Notes under the pieces: generated by a model
What the model was told of the DNA's origin: nothing
Seen by the model: the letters and a program-made list of their open reading frames with translations, nothing else
The model's database searches: none
DNA from: Parasitella parasitica NRRL 2501
Lineage: Eukaryota > Fungi > Mucoromycota
Length of the DNA: 53,905 nucleotides
Direction: 5' to 3'
Assembly: GCA_025201805.1 (NCBI GenBank)
Contig: MU619361.1
Location: 3,807 to 57,711, forward strand
In this document: positions 12,314 to 25,739 of the stretch, piece after piece
Numbering within the stretch: the stretch's first letter is position 1
Layout of the letters: each line of letters opens with the position of its first letter
Position numbers and translations under genes: made by a program

Positions 12314-12835
12314 GTTAGATTTGCAAAAGATAATATACGAGAGAGAAAAAAAAAGAAACAAAGGGAATCGAAAACAGTGTCGTTTTATTTTTATTGATGC
12401 GATAATATTTACTCTTTCAAGTTCAGATCACTGTGCTCATAGCTGTGCAATATGTTGTCGTGCGTGATCAATGTTAGAAACAACTGGTTTTGCTATAAAC
12501 CAATTTGCCAGTAATATGATCGGATATTCTTGTTTAAAGCTATTCTTAAGCCTGACAATTTCTCGCACAATCCCTGAAATCGTTCCCACATCACACAAAC
12601 ATTTAATGTCGCTCGATAATCCATGTTTTCCGTGAGATTTCAAAATGACGCAAATACTAGAATCAAACTTATGATATGTAACTTTTGGAAATGATGTTTA
12701 AAGTATCTTTGACAAGATAAACTCGGTTTTCTTAAGCTTTGGGGTGTGGGTGTGGGGGAGGGAGGGGAGGGGGTAGTGGTAGTGATCGATTCTGGATGCT
12801 GCCATAGCTCCGATGTCAACGGACTTGGCTCAATT

Positions 12836-12919
12836 TTGTGAGAAAGCGCTATGCTAAAAGAGCCATTATGCAACAAATTGTGAGAAATTGCTATACTAAA
12901 AGAGCTGCTATGCAAAAAA
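12836..12919. repeat. 42-bp tandem duplication (2 copies)
   Basis: TTGTGAGAAAGCGCTATGCTAAAAGAGCCATTATGCAACAAA / TTGTGAGAAATTGCTATACTAAAAGAGCTGCTATGCAAAAAA. Confidence 0.7.
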
Positions 12920-13170
12920 AAAAAGATTATGCACATATTTAAGAACGAAATTCCTTTTTCTACATCTTTTGTTGGCCTTTTTGATCTCGGTATTTGATGT
13001 TTTACAGCTGTAAAAGGCAATGATAATGATGCCACTTGAATAGGGTCCAGCACTACGGCGACGAAACAGCTTTAAATCTTCGGACCCTTGACACGAGGAT
13101 GCCCCTATTTNNNNNNNNNNNNNNNNNNNNNNNNNNNNNNNNNNNNNNNNNNNNNNNNNNNNNNNNNNNN

Positions 13171-14883
13171 ACTGGTGGCATGTTATATTGTAAACTTTAG
13201 TACATTTTATTATATAATCGTTTACCTATTCCATAAAATCCTTTGTAGGGAATCATTGGCATTTTAAGTTTAGACACCCCTCAACGGTGGTATGTTTGTA
13301 TTGTATCTAACTCAAACATGTGCAAGTATTGATTATGGCTGACGTAGTCTCATGTTTTTGCACTGGGTCAAGTTCCCATCCTACTCTCGCTTTGACACGC
13401 CTGAATACTACGGTTTTGGCCGTGAGTTTGTGTATAGAATACCCGTAGCATTCGCCGTATTTATCGACCTGTTGCCTATAGATAATCAAGGCAGAAACAT
13501 CAAGATCACCACATCTGATAATGTTACTATTGGTACAAAATAAATGCTATCAGTATAAACAAAACAGGAGTATAAACAAGAATGAACATTTAGGTGCATG
13601 GCATTTCTTACCTACAGAATATTACGAAAGGCAGCCGCAACTGCGTCTTGACCAGGAGTCAGCAGTGTGTGATGAGGTGTATGAGGCCGCTCTTGCTGCT
13701 CCTCAGTTCGACACGTTCATTTACTTTCACGGCAATGCACTTGATCGCGCTGCGCCATGGAGGGTTGATCTGTACAAGGTAATACGCAGCGCATGGTAGG
13801 ATTAGAATTTAATAATCAATTTCTGCTAGCAACTACTCCTTCGATTCCGTAATATCAATCTGATCACTATTGATTATCGTGGATTCGGAGATTCCGGTAT
13901 ATTTATGAATTCATTGATAAGTTTTTGATTGTTTGCTCACATGCAAATATATTAGAATCAACACCTTCCGAGTTTGGTCTTGGTATTGATGCTCAATCAA
14001 CCTTGGATTGGTTGCATGATAAAGGAGGTAAATTAACAAACATGAATGAAAAGCGGCATAACGCAATAGATAACAAACGTGAACACATTTGGCAGTGTCT
14101 AACAACCGTATCTCTCTCATTGGTCATTCTCTCGGTAAGGGCGCATTGCGATGTAAACAAAATAGCGTATACTGACGGACGTCCTTAAAAGGCACTGGTG
14201 TAGCTACTGCTCTAGCGCACAACATGACAGCGCTCGGCAATCCGCCCAAAAGCCTCATTTTGAAGGCTGGCTACAGTTCAATGTCAACGCTGGTTTTTGA
14301 GTACAATGTGATTTTTAAATTGCCAATTCTGTCCCCTATCAAACACTTTCCCGTATTAGAAAGTAAGTTTAGCATGGTGCACGCTAGTTATTTATAATTT
14401 TTTTTTTTTTTTTTTTATTTAGAATGGCTGTTATCTAAATTAAACCACAGGTTTGATTCATTGTCGAGGATTCAGGTAAATAAGCAGTAAGCTGATCATT
14501 TTTTTTTTTTGCCCTTGATTTACGTTTCATCTACAAAGAACGTTGGATGCCCAATCTTGATTATCTACGGGACAAACGACGCTGAAATCCCCGGGACAAA
14601 TTCACAGGCGCTGTTCAGACATGCGTTGAACAGCACGGATACCCTAGGTGCAATGGTCGAGTTGAAGCGTGTTTCGCTCTCCACAGTTGCCAACGAAGCC
14701 AATGTTTATCGATCAGTCGGCCATAAGCCGTGTGTAGTGCTGGTGGAGCTGATTCATGCAAATCACAATAACGGTAAGTCTTCGACAATCAAATCTATAT
14801 TTGAACATGTTCGGCTAATTGCTGTGTTCATAGTGGGCTATTTTGATTATACATTTGCGTCCATTGCTGATATATTGCAATAA
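13171..14883 (+). CDS. ABHD12-like alpha/beta hydrolase (lipase); 5' end lies in or before N gap 13111-13170
   Basis: Spliced exons give LMFLHW..PEYYGF, TSDNVTIGAWHFLP, YFHGNA, IDYRGFGDS, GHSLGTG nucleophile elbow, GTNDAEIP, ANHNN; possible ATG at 13099. Confidence 0.85.
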
Positions 14884-15025
14884 AAAATCTAGGGAGTGGA
14901 GTTTCTTTATGGTTTGGATCACACCCAATGAATATAAAAAAAGAAAAAAAAAATACCATGGATTGTTACTTTTACTTTCTCTCTTTCTCTCTCTTTTTTT
15001 TTTATTTTTTATTAATCACCAAAAA

Positions 15026-16463
15026 ATGGGAAATGCAAATTCGAGGCCTTCTGATGAGGTGTTAGCAACTCTTTCCACCAAAAATAAAAGAAAGTACGAT
15101 TTGTCGTACCCAAACTACTTTGAATCATCAAAAGCATTGGGCACAGAGAAACTGTCGCCAAGAGGATCCATGATCAGCATGAGAAGAGAAAAGCGCAAAC
15201 AGTCGTCAGCATCTGAGGATTCGATACAGCTTAATGCAGATGGGTCGTTCCTGTCAGCGTCGCCTCCTTCCACATCGCTGGTTTCGTCAAATGAATACAA
15301 CATCCCACTAGAGTACGAAATCAAGAATGGCAGAAGATACATGGTGTCCTCTGCGCATCGATTTTACTTGCCCTGTGATGACATAGAGGCAGATCGCATC
15401 ATAGTTCTTGTAAGTGTGCACGCTTTTTTACCCCTACTTACATGTTCTTAGCACTTTTGCATACAAGCTGCTTTCAATGGAAACATTGTCGCCCCAGTTA
15501 TTCCATCGCTAGGCGTAAAGCCAAAAGCAAACGAAAAATATTCAGCACGAGTACTTGATGTGGGCTGTGGTCCAGGCACCTGGTAATTACAACCTATCTA
15601 AACAAGCAAAACACACAAAAAAAAACTTACAATATCTTGGTAACACTGACAGGATTTTGGAAATGGCAACCGATTTCCCATTTACAGAATTTCACGGCAT
15701 CGATATTCGAACCATGTTCCCAACCACAATCAAACCACCCAACGCCCAATTTACTCAGCACGATTTCTTGCAGTCAAAGTTCCCTTACTCGGACAGCTCG
15801 TTCGATTTTGTTCGCATGCGGCTCATGATTTCATTCATCACAGAACCACAACTGCTGCATCTATTGTCAGAAATTCACAGAATCTTGAAGCCAGACGGGT
15901 ATTTCGAGGTACTAGATTGTGAATACCAAATTCAAAGGCCTGGCTTGCTGTGTGCCCAGATCATCAACCGAGAAATACCACTCGTTCTGCAGAACAGACT
16001 AGGAACAGTTAAATATTTACCCAGCCATGATGTGTCAACCAACTTGACTCTACACGGCGGCTTTGTCAATGTATATCAGCATCTCACTCATATACCAATT
16101 GGTTGGGGCGGTAAACTGGGAGAAGTCCATGCTCAAAACTTGATAGGCTTGTTGACGTCCATTCACCCAGATATCAAGCAAGACTTGACTGTGCTACACG
16201 ACGGCAAAGACGTAGACGACCTGATTGTCCAAGCTGTCAACGAGTGCGCGGTTCAGCGATCTCACGTAAAGTGGTTTGTTTGTTACGGCCAAAAGCCTAC
16301 TTCAAGCAACCTGGCTTATCAACCCGAGACCGTTAAAAAGACCCCTACTACCACACCTAAATCCTCACCTAGTTCATCGTGTGTCGAAGTCAAAGAATCA
16401 AAGGGCCTCTCTATGCCTGCTTGGGACTCTTTTTATGATTTCGTCGCTGAATACAGTGACTAA
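15026..16463 (+). CDS. Class I SAM-dependent methyltransferase (LaeA/TAM-like), 3 exons
   Basis: NGRRY..FYLPCDDIEADR, VLDVGCGPGTW motif I, GIDI, FPYSDSSFDFV, RILKPDGYFE, IPIGWGG; N-terminus MGNANS. Confidence 0.88.
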
Positions 16464-16939
16464 GCACAGATCTTGTAAAATTCACTATGTAAATATGTAT
16501 GTAAATGTATGCCCTTTTTTTTTTTTTTTTCCTCCTTTCCCCTTCCCGATTCCCTTTCCCTCCTCCTCCCCCCCCCCCTCCCCGCCCCCCTTCAATTAGT
16601 CTATTGTTTGTTGTATGCTCTGTATGTTTCTTTTTTTATGTGTAATATATGTATTTATTAAAACGTTTTGATCACCTGAATAAATCAATTTCGTAGAGGC
16701 TTCTATGCGTGTAAATTCTTTTGCAACTGTTTCTACAATCCACATTACCTTTTTTTTTTTTGGTTTTCGCTACATGACGATACATGTATATATGCTCATT
16801 GTTTGCTCTCCAGTGGACAGCGCAGATTTCCCATCTACCAAATCTCGCCCAAGGAAATATCAAGAAGACAGATATACTTGAATTTCAAGGCTTTATTTAC
16901 GATATTTTGTATGACGGTTTACTAGACTAAATTTTTGAT

Positions 16940-17662
16940 TCAAACTTTAGTTAACGCATGATGTGCTTCAGATAATTGCGCTTCCAACACTTTGATTCTT
17001 TCCTCAAGCGAGACATCTTTTGATTGCAAGCCTGCCTTTTCAGATTCCAACACAGCAATGCGAGTCGTAAGCTGGCTATTGTCTGCCTCCAAGTCAGACA
17101 CCTTCTTTTCTAGTTGCTCCATCTTTACCAACTTTTTAAGTCTTGAGCGGCGTGCAGCATCGGTGTTTTTCTGTCTCTTGAGCGTTATCTCGTCTTGATC
17201 AGCGGCAGAAGAAGAGCATACAGAATCAGAGCGACGCTTCTGTTGACTCATCATGACAGGACCTGCAGTGGCCAATGGCTTCATGTTTTGGGCGCCTAGT
17301 GTAGCACAGGGACGTGGGGCAATGCGAGGCAGATTCACCTTTGGCAGGATGAGCTTTTGCTTGGCAATCTCAGGAAAAAGAGGGACTCGGGGAGAGGCGG
17401 GCTCATGTTTGACGCTTGAAGAGGGGCTGATTGGAGGCGTGTGAGGAAGCAGAGCAAGGATCTTTTCAGGGTCAAAGTCCATAGCGTTTGCTAAAAGGCC
17501 TTCCTTACATAACTCATCAGCCAGCCAGTCGTCAATGGAAGTGCAGTCGTTGGGAAAGAGACTCTTTGGAGAAGCAGTAGGGTTTGGCGACTGGAGCAAA
17601 TTAGACGGATCAATGGTGTCCAAATAATAGCTGTTGTTTGTTATGGTTGCGTTGTTGTTCAT
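16940..17662 (-). CDS. GCN4/CPC-1-like bZIP transcription factor
   Basis: Basic region KRQKNTDAARRSRLKK plus leucine zipper; PLFP motif upstream as in CpcA/Gcn4 activation regions. Confidence 0.85.
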   Translation of the reverse strand: MNNNATITNNSYYLDTIDPSNLLQSPNPTASPKSLFPNDCTSIDDWLADELCKEGLLANAMDFDPEKILALLPHTPPISPSSSVKHEPASPRVPLFPEIAKQKLILPKVNLPRIAPRPCATLGAQNMKPLATAGPVMMSQQKRRSDSVCSSSAADQDEITLKRQKNTDAARRSRLKKLVKMEQLEKKVSDLEADNSQLTTRIAVLESEKAGLQSKDVSLEERIKVLEAQLSEAHHALTKV

Positions 17663-17940
17663 TTTCTGGGTTCTAATGTTCTTGTATGTGTAATTGTAAT
17701 CGAGATGTTAATTTTCTGGTGGGTTTTGTTTCTTGCGTGAAGTGGTAGCTGGAGAGTCTGTAGTATAAGAGAAAAATGGTTTACTTGACATGGTGTAACT
17801 GATGATAGAGGCTGATTTCAACATTAATTTTGATAAATTAGATAAAGATATTATTAAAAACAATGACTGATTTAGATAATATAACGGATAGCGATACTGG
17901 GAATGTGATAGAAAACTTAAATAGTAATTACGGCAACCAT
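17663..17940 (-). promoter_or_regulatory. Putative uORF-containing 5' leader of the GCN4-like gene
   Basis: ATG at 17940 (MVAVITI*), ATG at 17824 (38 codons, TAA 17710-17708) with an internal ATG at 17791; candidate GTAATT donor at 17931. Confidence 0.55.
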
Positions 17941-19213
17941 CTTGGGCAAAGTGAGAAAAGGTAAATGCAGAGGGTGAATAAGTTTAAAAAGGTTTAAAGG
18001 AAAAATATAAACTAGCACCCAGTTTGATGCTTTATTTATAATACTTGATTTTTTTTTTTTTTTTTTTTGACGCTTAAAAACCGGGAGCATTGCCAAAAAA
18101 GGTTCCACCCTGCAACTCTTATCAAAACCATGGAGATCCCTATTGGATATGATAATCTCTGCGCACATGATCTTTTTTTCAACAATCAAAACAACATCTA
18201 CACATTTCCTCCTCCGTTTCAATCGAGAACCTGTCTAACCATATGGGCGGGTTGTTTGGTGGTGAGATTATCAGCATGTCGCTGCATCTATAATTTTTAT
18301 AGGCTGGACATGGCTGCAAGAGAGACCTCGAGGCTAATTAGATTTTTTATCCAACTATGAAAAAGAAGGAGAGATGTCCTGAGCCAGATGGCGTCTCCGA
18401 AATTTCGGCGTATTTTGGTATTACATTCTCATACAATTTTTGCTTATCTTGTAAACAAAATAGATTAGGTTTTCGCAAATCGCAAATGAGAATAGATGAC
18501 ATGGAAAAAAAGAAAAAAGAAGAAAAAAAAAAGAAAACGGTGCAAATTGTACATTTCGTGCACAGAGAATGGAGCCTTTTTTTCTCTTCAAACATGATCA
18601 AGTCGCGCCGCTCTTCTTTGAGCTTCTTGTTTCGTAGACACATTGTTACTGTAGACGGTACTTTCGCATATTTTCCTTCAAGTAAATATACCCTCATATC
18701 GCTTATCATCTCGTCTTGCTCAGATTCAATGATTGGCTATTTCTTTTGATGTTTAATAAGCAAATTGGCATTCATGTGTGTACAATGTATCCCAGCTGTA
18801 AATCTCATTAGTGTTCATATTAAGGTGTTGTCCTAATGTAACACCTGGTGTGTTTGGATGTTTGTATATTTATATGTATATATGTCGTTATATGAATCAT
18901 TTGAATGATGCCATTGAATAACATAATACGTTTCGACTAATGCCAGCCAATGTCATTATGGCCGAATGCTGAACAGCTACTTCTCGATGAATTGCCTATA
19001 TGTAAAACAAGCCTGCACAAATTGACACGTACTTTTTAATGTAGATATTTCGCAAATAGGTTCTAGTCGGTTTTCAACTATTTTTACTGTTGCACAAAAT
19101 TGAATGTAACCAGGGTGAATGTTTTCGCTACCTGTTTTTGTACAATATTTGACTAATCATGTCAAAACTTTAATGCGACACATTTCAATATCAACGCTGT
19201 TGTACATTTGTAT

Positions 19214-19254
<41 letters not shown>

Positions 19255-19479
19255 NNNNNNNNNNTTTTTTGGTCCGTGTCAAAATTGCATTTCGCAGCAT
19301 GATTACGAGACTTCGATACGATATAAGCATCTAAAATATATTTTTGCATGAAAGATGATCCATTCGGAGCGCTCAACAGATCCCTATTCACTATCGGTAT
19401 GCTGACACAACAGTACATGATCAAATACATCGAGCCATGAGATAAATCAATATGTGCGTTTTATTCTGGTAATTGAATC

Positions 19480-20133
19480 ACGTCGCTTGCAGACTGATTG
19501 GCGTACATGTCATGGATTTTCCAATACAAATTTTACTACTGGTACGCCCATAAAAGAGCGGGAGACTAGGCGTATGTATATCTGATACAGAAAAGAGTGA
19601 GTAGAACAATATGAAAAACAAATACGAAGGACAAAACTATTTTCGATCTATCCTTGGTAACCATACGCTCCGCAACTAAAGTCTTGGGAGCTGTATCCTT
19701 GAAAGCTATATCCTTGGGAACAGCCTTGCTCTCTTCAAGTGCTTTATTTGTTTCTGCAGACGTGTAATATCCTAATGGAATCCAAATCAGTGAATGCAAT
19801 TGTACTTGGCGTAAAATACATACCTCTAATAATAACTTGCCCTGCAAAAAGTGAGCATTTATATAATATGTGTTCCTCGAAATATCTTGCCGATTTGTAC
19901 CTTTTACGACAACCACACTCAAAATAGCCATCATCGGCTCGCTTAAATGTCATCTGTTCTACAGTTAAGAGAACGGAGCGCTTTAGTTGCAGACCCGTTG
20001 AAAATTTGAATTCGAACATACCGTTATTGAAAGTAATTATTTTCATCTCCATGCTATGACTATGGTAACTGTGCCGTTGATAAGCATGCTTGTCACGGCA
20101 CATTTTTCTACATTCTTGACACTGGACAGGCAT
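19480..20133 (-). CDS. Small multi-exon C2H2/C2HC zinc-finger protein; 3' end uncertain
   Basis: MPVQCQECRKMCRDKHAYQRHSYHSH then, after intron 20021-19959, TFKRADDGYFECGCRKRYKSARYFEEHILYKC; further GT-AG introns downstream. Confidence 0.5.
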
Positions 20134-21040
20134 TGTGTATGATGATGTAAAGAAAAAGAGATAGTCAGTAAGAACTGGATGATCAACTGCTTTGTAGAGG
20201 GTAGGATTGCGCCACGTGCTTTTATACACGTAAAATCTACTTGCACAGCGTCGATGTACATGTTATCAATGAATCGTACAAATGAAGCCCTACGAATGCA
20301 CAAAAATTGAATATTATTGAAATCCGAAGCCAATTTATTTCGATTATATACCTCACTCTACTAATTACCTGGTTCTACATTTGCCACTCATTCTGAAAAC
20401 CTCGCCAAAATAACCATGTAGCATATTCTAGAAGTGGTGGGCCATTTCGCACAAAAAAAAATCAGTTTCGTTTGGACATAATAGCCAAGCTGTGGTCCCA
20501 TAAGACTTTATTTATTATTACCTGATACCACATAAAATGAATATAGCTACTATGTACAATGTATAATTGCTTTGGAGTAGGGACAATACATCAAGGAAGT
20601 GCGTTTGACAAGATCAAATCTGTCATGCATGATTTGCCCCGCCCCCACCCCACCCCGCTAAAGTGTTAACCAAGAAAAGAATACATATTTGTAGGTTTCA
20701 CCTGGTCTTATGTGATATTTGCAACTTGAAATACAAACTAAAGAGTATCGACGATAACATTGACTTTATAGTAGTTTTACAGTACACTAAATTCAAAAAT
20801 ATTATGGTCCCATGAATCACAAGTCTGGCACATGTATGAGTAATCGCTGATCTGTGCTTGAGGATCCAATTGCCCAAAGGCAAAAAATGTTTTTTTTTTT
20901 TTTTTTTTTCCAAGTACAATAGCATATTAGTTAATACTGATTTTTATCAGCGAATTTGTTTTCTGCAAACGAGTGCTAGTCAGCATTGTTAATTCTTTGA
21001 ATCAATAAATCCTCAAAATGTAAATAAATATACTTTTTAT

Positions 21041-24000
21041 TCAAAATTCCCACCACTTTTTACGAGCCTGGCGATCGTTATAGTCTTTCACAGCTTTCAA
21101 AAAATCACCAGATGCAGCATTCATATCCTGGAACTTTTTATCTAGTTCATTCAATCTTTCGCCACGCTCATTCATTTTGTCGCCCAGTTCAGAAAACACG
21201 CCGCCAGGACCTTTACTACCACCACCACCACCACCACCACCATTACTACTACTATTACTTTTGTTGCCGCTGTTTTCTTTTTCCATCTTTGCTTTGTATG
21301 TATCAATCTTTTGACGTCTCAACTCGTTAGGATCTTCTACCGGTATTCTCCCCACTATAGCGAAATAAAAGATTCAAATCAATGTACCGTATCTTAGCAG
21401 CCTAAATATATCACGCATTACTTAATAGATCTAAATCTTGCAGCGACAATGGCTCCTTTTGGAAAGCGCCGGCAACTGTATCAAGCCATGTCTTCTTCGC
21501 CTTTTGTTGCTGTTGCTGAGTGATCATTGAAGGATGGGAAGGTATTGCTCTTGACGCATCAAACAAAATGACTGATTCTCCAAATGTCCTGTACAAGCAC
21601 ACGTTGAATACACTCTCGCATGTCCAGCCAAATGAATAATAGAGATACTATACTTACAGCTCGGGTTTGGGGATGAAGGAATACATTTCCATTTCATATT
21701 TTCCAGACCAAAACACAACTCGGCCATCCTCACTGATTGAGGACTCTTGCAATCTATCCAGCAGACAGGTATTGGGCAATGCCATCTCCAGGATCAATTC
21801 CAATGTAGGAATAGAATAAAAGGCCAGCCTGCCATTATCCATTAGCAAAACAAGACAAACCCCTTGACGTGATTTCACTACTTGACTTTGAACGATTTTT
21901 GTCGAAGCAGCAATTTCACAAGCAAATAGTTTGACATTATAGCCAGACAAAAAGATGTGGATGCTGCTGGTAGATATGCAGATGTTGAAATGAGGGTGTT
22001 CCTGTTGACGGTATTCGCCTTTACCAATGGCAGCCATTCGCTTTGATGGCGCATTGTTGTTGGCAGATGGACAAGCGCTATTAGTAGCAATGCTGCTATT
22101 GTTGCTGGTGATGCTTGAGGGCTTGGGAGACGTCTCGTCATCATCATTAGAGTCATTAGAGTCATTAGAGTCATTAGAGTCATTGGACGAATGGTGGCTT
22201 GGTTGCTTTGAAAGCTTCTGCTGATGTTCCCCTGGGATATGTTGTAGAGTTGATGCGGATTGTGAGTCACCGTTTAAATCAATCATGTACATATCTACAA
22301 GAGGACCAGATGGGGCCATACGCAAAGAGAGATATTCTTTCAAAGTTCCTGGCGTAACTTTGTGCAGGGTGGATAGGTTGAATTGGTAGACATGGCCATT
22401 GCTGAGACCCACGTGGAGTTGAGTAGAAATTGCCATCACTACGTATAGCATAACAAAGGTCAATGTCGGTCATAGATCAGGCAATGTTTAGTTTGCAACG
22501 TACCTTTGATGGGTGAATAAGTATTGAAAAAGCAAAGAGATGTAATTGATGCAGGCTTAGTTGGCTCAGGCTTGGAGGGATCTGCCTCTTCTAGCTCAGT
22601 TGCAATTTCAGATTTAGGCTGAGCGGCCGGTGCAGACACAGTGTTTTGGAAATCAATTTCTGTTAAACATGAGTTATCAATGCCAGACATCTGTAGAAGC
22701 CAAACTTACGAGCAATGTTGCAAGAAAACAGCACCAATTGTTTATGAATATCAATAATACTGACTGAACCGTCATCTGAAGCTGCAGCAATGCTAAAGAC
22801 AAAGGTCAATTTCAACATTAGAGCTTAGTTATAACGCGACTTACATGGATTCACCCAGACTGACCACACTCTTTATAGGTAACAATCCCAGAGATATTCG
22901 AAGGAGAGCATAAAAGCCCGCATTGTCGCCATCTTTATTGATAGTGTGAAAGACAAAAGATGGCTTTGATGGATTGCGAGGAGGGGGTTGAGGAGTTGAA
23001 GCTTCCGACTGCATCTCTTGTGGTTGCTGCTGCTGCTGCTGCTGATGTGTGGGTGATGGACTAAGGAAAGGGTTTGTTGTTGTGGTGTGGGTAGATGGGT
23101 TAGCGATATTCTCGCTTTGCTCCTTCGACGTGGCATTGCTGTGCTCTGGCTCCTCTTCTTGCGCATCCGAAAGATTGCCCATGTCTTCCAGAAGATCTGA
23201 TATTTCCTTCAGAGTATCATCGCAACTATTAATGAATTCTTCGTTTCTCTTTCTCAATCTAGGATCTATTTCTGTTGGGACCTGTGCGTCAGGTCGATAG
23301 TCATAAACCAAGATTGAGCCATCGCTGAAGCCGATCGTCAGGTTCCCGTTGTTCTTGTTGACATCAATGCAGAATAAAAAGGCATCCTGATCGTCCAATT
23401 CATCCAGGCAGGAAATAGTCAAATGAGACAGAGGCCTCAGGGCAGTGTAAGAGGCATCCCAAAATTTGACAACCTCGCCCTGATGAATGGTTACTAGTAA
23501 ATCATTCGTGTCGACATGGTACACATGTTTGGGGCCTGCTACGCCGCCCGTTATGGGCAAATAGCGAGTCTGTCTATCACGGGCCGTCATGCCCGCCAAT
23601 TTTTTGAACGCAGATGCAGGAAGCTGGGGAATATGACACGCATTGAGGATATTGGGACCTAGGAATTCCAGAGCAGGAGGTAGCACGAACGCAGGAAATC
23701 CAGGTTCCAAACCAAAGACTCGTAAACAATGGTCAACACCAACCACGGCGATACTAAGTGGATTATGCATGCCCAAGTAGTAAGGATCAGTACTTAAAAT
23801 GAGGAAATGTGATATATCGGAAGGCAAAGGCATGATGCTCTGTTTCTTGGCTTCTCGGGCATCACCGTCCAAGCCAAATTCCAGTACATTCAGCCCTTGA
23901 ATGTCCATGGCATTCGTGCCGCCGGCAATCACAACATAGGATTTATGGACGGCCGTATTAGCATACCAAGCAATTTGATAAACAGGTTCAGCTACTGCTG

Positions 24001-25005
24001 CCTCCTTTCCTGCCGCCGAAAATGCTTCAGATATCTTGCGAGAATTCAATGGCTTTTGCTCATTCTTGACGTCCCATAAATGAGTACACCCATCATCGTA
24101 ACCAGCGATGAACCGGCTTCCGTCCGGGCTCCATGCAAAGCAAGTTAAATTTGAGTTTCTGTACTTGTTGGATCTATCCAATTTGCGCAAACTGTAGGCA
24201 CGTCGGATCGTGCTTTCTCTAATATTCCAAATAAATACAATGGCTTCATATCCGATGAGCAAAGTGTTGAGCTCTGTCGGATGCATCTGAAGATCAACGA
24301 CGATATGCTGCTGGGAAATCTCCTCTGGATCAATGATTTCTTGGTTCTCTAGTAGATCTGGAATTTGATAGGGCGTCATTGTACCTTGCATGATGTCAAA
24401 TACATCGACAAATCCATTGGCATAACCAATGAACAGCCAATCTGTTCCTGTGCAATATGTTTGACTGGTGATAATCTCGGGCGCTGGTAAAGCGTGCCGG
24501 ATGGATCTAGTGCGAAGGTCGATTGTGATGATAGTATTGGCTTTGTCAATCACAATCAGGATGGGAAATCCCGTTTTGAACTGTAAATGTTTGATACCAA
24601 CGGACTTTGGTAATCTAATGATGGTTGAAATGCCTTTACCAAACAATTTGATATAGCCATTAGCCGAATCGCCGGCTAATAAGAGTATGTTAGCCAGTGA
24701 ATGCAGTAACCATGGAGACGCTTACCAACAGCTAACAAGCCTGCAACACAATCATACGCAATGACATTGATGGTTGAGGGTAAACCAAACGTAGATACCT
24801 AGGACATGTTTGATTTAATCCTAAACCTAGACTTTAAGCCCCACCCCTTAAATAATACAAGTACCTTTTCAAAGTAAATTTCATTTACTTTTACATGTTC
24901 AGAAAGCGAATGTTCGAGTCTTTTATCCTTGGATATAAATGTCTTTGATACGACGTTTTCTTTAGCTTTTTGAGCCAAGCCTGATATTTTGTCTAATAAA
25001 GGCAT
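21041..25005 (-). CDS. Sro7/Lgl/tomosyn-family WD40 protein with C-terminal R-SNARE-like motif
   Basis: AYDCVAGLLAV, HPTELNTLLIGY, WSPDGSRFIAGYDDG, LPITGG, KFWDAS; last exon LGDKMNERGERLNELDKKFQDM. Confidence 0.88.
22144..22185. repeat. 9-bp coding tandem repeat (TCATTAGAG)n giving SND repeats in the Sro7-like gene
   Basis: Four perfect TCATTAGAG units plus a partial one. Confidence 0.85.
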
Positions 25006-25193
25006 TTTCTACTCTACTACAGGAAAGGGTATACTAGATGTTCAAGATATATAAAAAAAAACGGAAAAGAAATGCTGACTGTGTATGTATAACAAAGATA
25101 AATATTTAATGTTGATTATATATTTTACAAGCCCAGTTTTCTTTGCTGGTCCATGTTACACGTTTTTTATTTTACATTCACAATAAAGTAAAC

Positions 25194-25705
25194 ATGGTAA
25201 ATAACTGAATATAAACGACAGGAGTACACTACTAACTAGTAAACTCACAGGCGAATGCTTCGAGCAAAAAAATTGCTTCCACAAACAAGCAGACATTAAA
25301 TAACCTTACAAAGGGATTCTTGATTGTGAATGCAGTGTACTTTCTATGGCGCGTTGTATATCATTGGGATTCATTCACTCTGTCTCAGTTCTTTTTGTAC
25401 ATTACTACAGGCGGTTTGTCCTTTTTGTTTTATCGTATCCTGGTATCGTCAGGCACTCCAACTTACTCTTCAGAGGGCAATTTAATCAGCAGTGGAGATG
25501 ATCTTAATACCGAAGGATTGACAGCGTAAGTTTTCATTGCCATCATGTGGACGTACGTCCCTGTTATTAACGACATACTGACAAAATAGCTACATGTTTG
25601 ACATCATCTATGTCACTTGGTTTGTCCATGTTACCACTGCTTTCATTTCGAATAAATTTTGGTTGGTTTATTTAGTTGTAAATACGCACAGGTTTTCGAA
25701 CATTT

Positions 25706-25739
<34 letters not shown>

